DNA from: Octopus vulgaris
Lineage: Eukaryota
Direction: 5' to 3'
Length of the DNA stretch: 64,000 bases
Assembly (NCBI GenBank): GCA_951406725.2
Contig: OX597823.1
Coordinates: 6,076,001 to 6,140,000, forward strand
Numbering within the stretch: position 1 is the first letter of the stretch; the number at the start of each line of letters is the position of its first letter. Both the position numbers and the translations under genes were made by a program. Shown here one piece after another: positions 53,876 to 64,000 of the stretch. The notes below the pieces were generated by a model. That model was not told the DNA's origin. It saw only the letters and a list, made by a program, of their open reading frames with translations, and searched no databases.

Positions 53876-55450
53876 CTTTATAAAGAGAACTGACACATAG
53901 ATATCAAAAAATATATCCGCGGCGATTAAGTGTTCCATAATAGATAGTTACAAGCCAACACGCCATCGTGGAAATCCTTATTAATTCCTACCGCATTATT
54001 TTCTCCTTGATATACATATCCCTTTAAATTAATTCAAATTAATTATGTATCTTAATAAGATAATTACGGAATTAATGACGTTTATTGCTAATGAAACAGC
54101 TGTTGAGCATAATTATAAAATATTTGCGAAGCTTATGCATCCCCCCCCCCCTTTGTTCTAAGTTACATAACTGTAAGTAAATTAAGTAAAAAAATGATTT
54201 TTATTATTTTTTTTCAACACAGATGTGCCTCATAGGTTCTTATACATTTGCAGTTCGCCCCTCGTTCTAAAAAGTTTTCTACGCGGTCACACTGCATGCT
54301 AGAAATAGTAACTCTGGTCATATTATCAACAGTCACTCGATGTACTACAATCAGCTACCAAGCCGTACTCATTCACCACTATCTTAAAATGGCTGTCGTC
54401 ACATTCATTCAATTTACTTCCATTTTTTTTAAACACCTCCACTGCATGTTAACCTAAGAGATTTATCTGCTTTTATTAAACGAAGAAATATCACATACAC
54501 TGTGTTATTTAACTCCAGGTCAGGCTTGACTACATAAACATATGATCAAAGGCGCGCCAGTCACGACTATTCCGTCATTGTCTCCAGCCTACATTATCCA
54601 ATATGTCCAATTCTTTAAAGACAGCAGAAATTATAATGAGTATTTCCTATACGTAGTATTTTGGTCATTCAAATGTTTTAGCTGTCCAGCATAACGCGCG
54701 TGCGTGTGGCTGTGTATGTCTGTTGGACTAAAACAGCCATTTAAAGGTTTTCAAACATTTGAAAAGAATTCTTAAATGTGGATAGAGCATGCCAAAGTGG
54801 GAAGATTTAGTGGTATTTTGGGAGATGTACGTGGAAGAGACAGCGAGTAATGTAAGATGGGGGTGGGTAGGAAAAGTAGAGGGGGGTAATAAGGATGTGT
54901 GGGAGGGGTTGAGGAGAGGGTGATCTCATAGGGGACTTATCGGAGGAAGAGGAGGAAGAAGAGGATGTTAATGTACAGATAAGGAATAGATTAAGGATGC
55001 CAGCAGAAACTGTCTAGTTGGCTTGGAACGCTACTTGGTCTGTAATTATATATATATATATATATACCAACACATATGTATACATATGTGTAGACACACA
55101 TATCGACACATGCATACACACACACACAAACACACACATATATATATATATATACGCCAAAACATGCAAATATACATACAAGCATATATATATATATATA
55201 TACACACACACACGCATCAGAACACATGTACATACGCATACACGCATGCACACTTTATATGTAACCACCGCAAGCTAAATATATGTGCATATGTAAACAA
55301 AACTCTGAGCAACCTTTGGGATCAAAGATGGCGGTAAAAAGTTAAAAATAAAATGTTTAGTATATGTAAATATGTGTGTGCGTGTGTGTGCACGCGCAGG
55401 TGTAGACAGACAGACAGACAGATAGATAGATAGACAGACAGACAGACAGG

Positions 55451-55495
<45 letters not shown>

Positions 55496-56932
55496 GGATG
55501 GATAGATGGATGGATGGATGGATAGATAGATAGATATCAGAATTAGGGAGTCAAGGGCAAAACATGAAGTAGACTGTCAACTATTGTTTGGTAAAATACC
55601 TGTTCACTCGTTCCAACGTACGCCACAGAAGCCGGAAAACCGGGCCCATGAGCCTGGCTAGGCTTGAAAAGGGCGCATAAATAAAATAAATAAATAAATA
55701 TATCTGAGAGAGAGAATTTGATGATAGGGACTGTAAAATCCGATTAACTTAACGTGAGATGCCAGCTGCAACAACCATAAACATTTAGCACTGAGTACTG
55801 TTTGAAACCTCTCCCTTGCATCTACGAACACTACACTACACACACGCACGTCTGTGAATGCATAAGCATACGACACTCTTAATAATTCTTGACTCTTCAA
55901 ATATTACGTAGACTCTTGTGAGAAGAAGGCGGCAAATTTGAAAGATTGGACGAATTCCAAAGAATCTAACACTTAAACACCGTTATTCCTTGTAATGAAA
56001 TTAAAATACCTTGCTATTGTTGTTTTCTTATTAAGAATAAACTTTTTTTCTATAGGTACAAAACCTGAAAATTTGGAGGGAGAAGTACAGTCGATTACAT
56101 CGGTCCCAGTGCTCAACTAGTATTTACTTTATATCGCTCTGGGAAGGATGAAATGCATGTTGACGTCGGTGGAATTTGAGTTCAGAATGTGAAGAAGAAT
56201 ATGATAAAAAAAAACAAAGAAATATCAGAGGGCATTTTGCACATCGCTCTAACAATTCTGTCAATCCACTCAGTATCAAAGTTCGTCCACAAACACTGGA
56301 TACGACAGAAAAGAAAAGTGGACATGATTGCCTACTAGATTTGAACCATGTAGCAGCCGTCGAATGCCGTTCAACTACGATAACCATCACGACCAAAGCA
56401 ACTCGCCACGCTCTGCCATCTGTAAACACATCGCTGGACCAGCTACCGTTGTTTATATGCGTTTATCACACAAACTTCTTTCGTTATTTTGATAGCATCT
56501 TAACCCCCAACTTCTTGGTCGTCAACACAGACTGGTTTCCTACCAGATACCTCCATGCTGGCTGAAACTATCCCAGAATATAAATGTAATATAATATATA
56601 CGGTTAAGATTTAAGTACATTCCCAATTGCTTAAGTATTTGCCCTCTAGACGTGAACCTAACTGTTCCGATTCAATGTGAGAGAGAAACGTAGAGTTATT
56701 TCGCCGCAGACGAGCTTCTGAAAGTAAAAACTTAATTCAGATGAGTTCACCTCAGGATTTAATATTCCAGTGATAAGTTTGGTTTAATTCCAGATATTTA
56801 CATATATATTGGCTGCACCACTGAGTAGAGATCTTCTTTCACCATCCAAAAGATGTGCCTGTATTAATTTTGAGGATGTATAGTCGAGAGTTATACAAAA
56901 AAATTACTGTGAATATGAAAGACCAGTAGAAC

Positions 56933-57636
56933 CAGTGGCAGTTCGTGTACAGGCACTGCGGAACTGCAGCTCCCCCTATTTCCAATCGATATTATCGATA
57001 ACATTCAATATAATAAGCCCCTTTTTTGTCTTTAATTCTTTCTTTATACTTGTACATTATTTAATTCTTAAGTTTAATGTCAGTAGCCATCCCCTAGTTT
57101 ATGAAAAAAATACAAAATTCCATGTATAGAACTGTGCGCTTCACAGTTCCAACGACGCGGTGTTCGGCTGTTGTGCGAATGCTCATAAGTCCGAGATAGG
57201 AAGCGTCACGTTAGGGAGAGATAGCACTACGTGAATAACAGTGCCAACCCCCGTTTTCCAGTGAAAAGTAGTGTTTCTTTTTGACTCCGCGTGTGTTGTG
57301 CTTAAAAATGTGTTTGTATTCTTGAATGTGATAAAGTGTAGAATTAGATTCTTATCCTGCTTCCAACTTCAGCGTTGCTGCCAGGATTTGAAAAATAGGG
57401 CACATTTCCCTACCTTATTTTGTGATTTAGGGGAGATTTTTTGAAAACCAAGGGGGAATTCGCGGCGGTGTTCAGTGAACAAATCAAACACATTCGGCAT
57501 AGGTTAAAACGCGAACCAATCAAGTTTATGTATACATTTTCTTTTTATGTTTTTCTCCTTTTACACAATATTAAAACAACGGCTAAAAATTTTCTGAAGC
57601 AGTTCCCCCACTCATTTTATCTACGAGCCGCCACTG
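56933..57636. mobile_element. Non-autonomous hAT-like DNA transposon
   Basis: TIRs CAGTGGCAGTTCGT / ACGAGCCGCCACTG, with an imperfect 8-bp TSD AGTAGAAC / CGCAGAAC. Confidence 0.7.
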
Positions 57637-57782
57637 CGCAGAACAGACGCTTAATCGTTAATTTCTACGGTGGCTTTAAGACGATGAAATCAATTCAGTC
57701 GCTGAGAGAAAGCCTAGATTTTTGCTTTATAAAAGACGATTAAGTTGATTTCACAGTCATATGTTTATTCTAATGTTATCTC

Positions 57783-58030
57783 TCTATATATAAGCAGTAA
57801 AATGTCTGTGTGTGTGTGTGTCCTTTATACAAACCCACAATTTTTCAGTTAGAGGGCTCGCACTTTCTATGGTCATTCAAGACCATCCAAAGGTGGTCGT
57901 GCACATCTTTACATTTCCTCAGTCACCCCGCAAAGCCATTAAAATATCAATAGAAGTGACTTTTTTGTGAATTTTCTATCCAAAACCCAATCAAAATGCC
58001 CGAAACTTGATACGCCAAGTCATAGTGCTA
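57783..58030 (+). mobile_element. Non-autonomous Helitron, 5' part
   Basis: TCTATATATAAG start, (GT)n, and a body about 90% similar by eye to 60140-60355. Confidence 0.65.
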
Positions 58031-58074
58031 GTTTATATTATTTTTTCTTTGATATTTAAAACGAATTTTCTCCA

Positions 58075-58447
58075 GGTATGGCTGTATGGTTAACAAGTTC
58101 GCTTCGCAATCACGGGGATTCCTATTCAGTCCCATTGCGCGGCACCTCAGGCAAAGGCCTTCTATTATAGTTTGGGCCGACCAATGCCTTGTGGGTGGAT
58201 CTGGTAGGCGAAAACTGCGAAAAGCCTGTCATGCGTGTTTGGCTTTCGTCACACCAACATTTGACAACAGGTGTTCATTTTTATGTCCCCTGTAGCGAAC
58301 TAGCGGTTCGACAAAGAAGGGCCAATAAAATAAGTGCCAGACTAAGAAGAAACAAAAAGAGGATTTCGATCGATTTCTTCGACTAAACACTACAGAGCGG
58401 TGCTCCAGTATGACCGACTAACCCCAACAACTAAAACAAATAAAAGA
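58075..58447 (+). mobile_element. Diverged family B SINE
   Basis: Colinear with the family B consensus. Confidence 0.7.
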
Positions 58448-58735
58448 ATAATAAAACATCATACCCTCCCCCCAACACGATTAAATGACCTTCAGTGTGG
58501 TCTCATTTGATTACGGATTAGCCACAACTCAATACATCTATATCTATCTATACATAATTAAATGGAAGATGTGTGTGTGTGTGTTTACAGGCCTTTTTCT
58601 TGATTCCCCTTAAAATCAATATTTTTCATCCAATTTCGTTCACGCTGGGAACATACATTTCTTATGTTCCAGAGATGCTCATATAGACTCCTCAAATTTT
58701 CCACAGAATGAGTAATGCCGCTCCTAGTTCAAATA

Positions 58736-59248
58736 TCTATATATATAAAACTGTAGTTGTGTGAGTGTCTGTCCCCTTCGATTTAGATTCCTAACTCCTC
58801 CCACATTTTGCGGTGCAGTTTAACCAAATTCGGGTATCTTATAGTCGTGATTCATATCGAGCTCGTCTGGGTATTAGCGCGCGTCTACGATGAGTCTACG
58901 ATTTTAAAAATAATTTAACATCATTTTTTATTCCATTTTAATGCATAATTTTTCGTGTGTCGATGGCGGCGGAGTTGGCGGCCATGGTCACACCCGCACC
59001 TGTTTGCTTCTCCCCCTTCTCCCCTCCCTCGTGAAGCTGTGGGGAAGGGAGTGTAAGGAAATCAACGTCGTAAAGCGTTGTCAAGGAGACCAGCGTTCTT
59101 TTAGAACAACGACTTCATGGCTTGAAGACACCAAAACAGAAATGGCTAAGAAAGCCCGAATTGGCATCTATAAGGGAAGTAACTCTCTAAAAATGCTTAT
59201 ATAGTTATTTCCCTTACAAATCCGAGCAACGCCGGGCGATACTGCTAG
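58736..59248 (+). mobile_element. Complete non-autonomous Helitron (513 bp)
   Basis: A|TCTATATATATAAA 5' end and CCGAGCAACGCCGGGCGATACTGCTAG|T 3' end. Inserted between A and T with no TSD. Confidence 0.85.
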
Positions 59249-59584
59249 TAAAACATAAAATAAAAAGAGACAAGGGGTCCCCGCCTTGCTATTATGGGGC
59301 TCATTGGATGTTTCAGTCCTAAATTTAGTCGCTCTACGGTAAGAAAAACTAATAAATGACTCGCCCCTTCACCATTTTCGTTTTTTAATGTTAAAACAAA
59401 TGGTTTAGAGGTCTCTACATTAAACAATGTGACGCTGACACACAACCCCCAGCTGAAAACCCTTACTGTAGCATTAATTTAGACGAGATATAACAGGAAG
59501 TTTGGAGTTTATGTTTATAGATATATATATATATATGTATGTATGTCTATCTGTTTTTCTTCTTTCTTCTAACCCCCTCTCAGG

Positions 59585-59620
<36 letters not shown>

Positions 59621-60035
59621 TTATTTCACGTTGTCACACGCACAGATAAACAAACATACGCTCTTAGACTTTGTATACAAACAGAAGTTGCACACACATT
59701 CCACAACCGTAAATTACACAAACACACGAACGTAGAAATACTCCTTCACACACGGTCACTTACCCTGATTGTTAACAAACTCAAGCTGTTACGAGTATTC
59801 TTGAAACACACACACACACGCGCGCGCTTGTATCTATATATAAACGCTATATGTGCAAATATATGCATATAGAACAATATTATATATATACAAACACACA
59901 TATATACATATAAAGAGCGAGAGAGACACACGTATATGTGTATATATGTATATATATATTTTTCTTATATTTTTATGTATGTGTATATACATATAATTAT
60001 ATTATGTGTGTGTACATATATGTATATATATGTGC

Positions 60036-60109
<74 letters not shown>

Positions 60110-60130
60110 ATTTGTACGTATACACACACA

Positions 60131-60482
60131 CACAAACGGCAAAATGTGTGTGTGTGTCCTTTATACAAATCCACAATTTTTCAGTTAGAGGGCTCGCACT
60201 TTCTATGATCATTGAAAACCGTCCAAGGGGGGTCGTGCACATCTTTATATTTCCACAGTCACCCCGCAAAGCCATTAAAAAATCAATAGAAGTGACTTTT
60301 TTGTGAATTTTCTATCCAAAACCGAATCAAAATGCCCGAAACTTGATATGCCAATTGAATGCGAACTAGCTGTATGTGATTGGTCGGAGATTTGGACAGT
60401 ACTCGCGTGTATGTGTGCAAGCACGCAGCTGTATATGCATGTACTAGCACTATGACCCGCCGTTGCCGGATCATACTGCTAG
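60131..60482 (+). mobile_element. Non-autonomous Helitron with intact 3' hairpin and CTAG
   Basis: Ends TATGACCCG-CCGTTGC-CGGATCATACTGCTAG|T. Confidence 0.8.
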
Positions 60483-61237
60483 TTAGAAAATAAAACGAAT
60501 GGTTTATATCTGGTAGCCTACGGGTAAAGCGCGGTCACTTTCACGGTGTTTGTTATGTATCTGGTTAACGAGAGACGGAAGATACGTTCTTATTAATTAA
60601 TCATTACAATTGTTCCGACTCATGTAGCATCGGTACTTCACCGGATATATGTGTGTGTGTTGCGTTTGGGGAGAGCCATACTGTCTTAATGCCTTATTAT
60701 CTAACACACTCACCACCAGTTCGATTTCCACTCATTTCTTATTTAAACATATGTTAATGTTATGGCGCGGTTACTGATGAGAATTTCGCCTAGCAAATTA
60801 TTTTATTTGCTAAAAACATTTGAAATATATATATATATAACAATTTAATAAATAAAACATATGCATACATACATATATATATGTACATACGTACATCTAT
60901 ATGTATATATATACATGCATATATGAGTACAGGACACCACAAATAAACGTAGAACACAACGAGAAACGAAAACATATAACCAAACAAGGAAACGGACTTT
61001 TTTTAACAACGAAAAAACAGAGTACAAGATGGAATAACACAAGGAACATTCCCCTTCTTCAGCTGCCCCTGTTTCGACTCATATATATATACATATATAT
61101 GTGTGTGTGTGTATATCGGCAAAAGACACCGATAGAATAAGTACTAGGCTTACAAAGAATAAGTCCTGTGGTCAATTTGCCCGACTAACAGCGGTGCTCC
61201 AGCATCGCCACAATCAAATGACTGAAACAAGTAAAAG

Positions 61238-61273
<36 letters not shown>

Positions 61274-61707
61274 GTGTGTATTCGAAGATGATTCACTTTA
61301 AGAACGTTAACAACGGCGCAGTTGATGGAATGATATTCCAGTGTCTCACACGCAATGGCGGAAGGGCGTAAAAATAAAGCAAAATACATGATGCCTCACG
61401 GAGGAAAAGTTTACTCATCCACTCGAAGGAGAAGTGGAGGTTGGTCGACTCATAAAGTTCTCTCTTCCTTTAGAACAATCACTTATTGTGTGAAACAATA
61501 TATTAATAGCAACTGTAGCTGCAGCGTTCATATCAATAATAATGTTGAAATGACATGAACGAACGAGCTCTTGAAATCTCAGAACTTTCCGGGGCAGGAC
61601 TCGAGATATCCTCCTAGTGTTTATTTTTCTGCCTCTCCTTAACAGAACTAATACATTGCCCCCTTTGTGTCTTTGCATACTAAACAACATATTGCGAGAA
61701 AGGAAGA

Positions 61708-61809
61708 ATCTCGGATGTCAATTACAAATGAAGGGTCTCGGATGTCAATTACAAATGAAGGATCTCGGATGTCAATTACAAATGAAGGATCTCGGATGTC
61801 AATTACAAA
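61708..61809. repeat. 27-bp minisatellite, about 3.8 copies
   Basis: ATCTCGGATGTCAATTACAAATGAAGG in tandem. Confidence 0.95.
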
Positions 61810-61884
61810 GACAATAGATGAATAAATAAATAAATAAATAAATAAATAAATTGATAAATAAAAATTAGCATTAAATTTAGATTT

Positions 61885-62858
61885 ATGGCGACGAATCATA
61901 TGGCGACACTGATTGGTTTGATTTATGGCGGCAAGCCATATGGCGACACTGATTGGTTTCAGATTGGAAAAGGCACTCGGCAAGGTTGCATCCTGTCACC
62001 AGCAGCCTTCAACATGTACGCTGAAAAGGTCATGAGGAATGCAGGTCTGGAGAATAGCAGCATTGGAGTGAGGATTGGCGGAAGAAATATTAATAACCTT
62101 CGCTATGCAAATGATACAACTCTGCTGGCAGAAAATAATAAGCATCCAGATAATCCTATCCTGCTAGTCAAGAGAGTGAGAAATTTGGGCTGTACCTCAA
62201 TGTCGAGAAAACGAAGATCATGTCAACAGCAGCCACAACAAACATTAGCATCAAGATCGATAATGAAGAGATCGAAGTGGTTGATGATTTCATCTTCTTT
62301 GGCTCCAAAATAAATCGAGATGGTAACTGCACTCCAGAAATAAGGCGGCAGGTAGTACTAGGCAGAGAGGCAATGGTCAGCATGAGCAGGGTCTGGAAGA
62401 GTAGAAGCATCAGCCTAGCTACCAAATGCAGATTGGTGAATGCAATCGTCTTCCCAATAACAACATATGGATGCAAGACCTGGACACTAAAGAAAGCTGA
62501 CCAGAAGAGAATTAATGCGTTCGCGTTTTGCTGTTTGAGAAGACTTTTATGGATTCCATGGACAGCGAGGCTCACCAATGGAGAAGTTCTTAACCAGATC
62601 AAGCCGAAACTGTCGCTAGAAGCTAGGATCACCAAGCATAGATTGACATATTTTGGTCATATTATGCGGAGAAAATCCCTGGAGAAGGACATCATGCTCG
62701 GAATGGTCAGTGGCAAGAGAGGAAGAGGCCGACCAAGAACCCGCTGGCTTGACACCATCAAGAGTGACACGGGAATGGCCATAGAACTGGCTGGAGAGCA
62801 TATTAATCCATCGAGGAACCGAGAGTTGACTCCGACTGAGCGGATAGATAGATAGATA
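61885..62858 (+). pseudogene. 5'-truncated RTE/BovB-like LINE: reverse transcriptase C-terminal half, frameshifted, (GATA)n tail
   Basis: DWFQIGKGTRQGCILSP..GRNINNLRYANDTTLLAE (YADD changed to YAND), DFIFFGSKI, YGCKTWT, IPWTAR, YFGHIMRR, GRGRPRTRWLD. Frameshift near 62170. Confidence 0.95.
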
Positions 62859-62860
62859 GT

Positions 62861-63056
62861 CGGCAAGCTGGCAGAATCGTTACCTGCTTAACGGCATTTC
62901 GCCAAATTTTACGTTCTGAGTTCAAATGCCGCCGGGGTCGATAAAATAAGTACTAGCTGAGTACTGGGGTCGATGTAACACACACACATACACACACACA
63001 CACACACCACTACCACCTCCGAAATTGCTGGCCTTGAGCCAAAATTTGAATCCAAT
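62861..63056 (+). mobile_element. Family C SINE abutting the RTE tail
   Basis: GGCAAGCTGGCAGAATCGTTA...GAGTTCAAAT...GGCCTTGAGCCAAAATTTGAA. Confidence 0.75.
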
Positions 63057-63465
63057 ATTAAATTTAGATTTGGCGCAAGCATTAATTTGGTGTTGAGACG
63101 TTCCTTCGTAGCTCCGTTGCTTCAGGTTCGACCACTATTACACAACAACCTGAGCAAGTGTCATCTGCTATATTCCCGGACTAATGAATGCTTTGAAAGT
63201 GAATTCGGTGAACAGAAACTTTGTGTGTGTGTGTGTGTGATTTATTGATGAAGGAAAACTTCAACTGTTACCCAGAGTGACACGTAATCAATCATTAGGC
63301 AGAATTGAACTTTTGGAATAATACTATGGTTTATAAAATGTTTCTAAACATTTATATACCCTACACACACACTCTGTCTCTTTCTCTCTCTTGCACACAC
63401 ATACATACATATATATATTAGAAGGTTTGGAGGTGATGTACAGGTATTATATATGAAAAAAAAAA

Positions 63466-63677
63466 AAGGTATTCAGAAATCTGGATGGTTGTACATTTAC
63501 AGATTTTTATTAATATGTCACATGTTTTTATAAATCATATATTAGCGCTTGCATCTACTAGAGTAGATGAAGAATCTACTAGAGTAGATGCAAGCTCTAT
63601 ATATATGATTTATAAAAACATGTAGCATATTAATAAAAATCTGTAAATGTACAACCATCCAGATTTCTGAGTGCCTT
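63466..63677. repeat. ~210-bp palindrome
   Basis: CAGAAATCTGGATGGTTGTACATTTACAGATTTTTATTAATATG pairs perfectly with its reverse complement. The centre has a duplicated ATCTACTAGAGTAGATG. Confidence 0.9.
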
Positions 63678-64000
63678 ATTTTTTCTAATATATATATATA
63701 TGGTAAATGAAAGACGGAAGATGGACTATACGAGAATTTTTATCATTAATCACAACAAGGTGGCGAGCTGGCAGAATCGCTAGCATACTGGACGAAATGC
63801 TTAGCAGTATTTCGTCCGTTACTACGTTCTGCCGGGGTCGATTTTGCCTTTCGAGGTCAATTAAATAAGTACCAGTTACGTACTGGGCTCGATATAATCG
63901 CCTTAATCCTTTCCCTCAAATTTGGGGCCTTGTAGAAAGGATTATTAATCAGGACAATTGTTTCAACACATCTAGCATCAATCCCTCACGACTCGGACAC

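Noticed and set aside
61617-61983. ORFs with repeated LGCQLQMKD / IDIRDPSFV
   Set aside because: They arise from the 27-bp minisatellite, with no evidence of coding.

Overview
Animal genomic DNA that is AT-rich, repeat-saturated and essentially non-coding. The repeat families and microsatellite load suggest an octopus or other coleoid cephalopod (inference). No intact, nameable protein-coding gene is present, and almost all listed ORFs are microsatellite or repeat translations. The window holds several tRNA-headed SINE families and many (GAT)n-tailed retroelement 3' ends. It also has decayed LINE fragments (RTE/BovB, RTE, R4/Dong-type), Helitrons, a mariner remnant, a hAT-like element and TTAA-flanked piggyBac-like MITEs. 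The most notable hidden signal is a set of minimal hammerhead-ribozyme (HHR) motifs in at least five unrelated short elements, mostly embedded in (TA)n tracts. One is a tRNA-headed SINE-like element with an HHR tail, present once as a fold-back insertion inside a 13-bp target-site duplication (TSD). Another family carries the non-canonical core CUGUNGA in all three copies. CpG density rises sharply near 45 kb, beside a candidate minus-strand promoter/first exon. An orphan exon-like ORF lies at 48.0-48.3 kb. Repeat boundaries were read by eye and are approximate.
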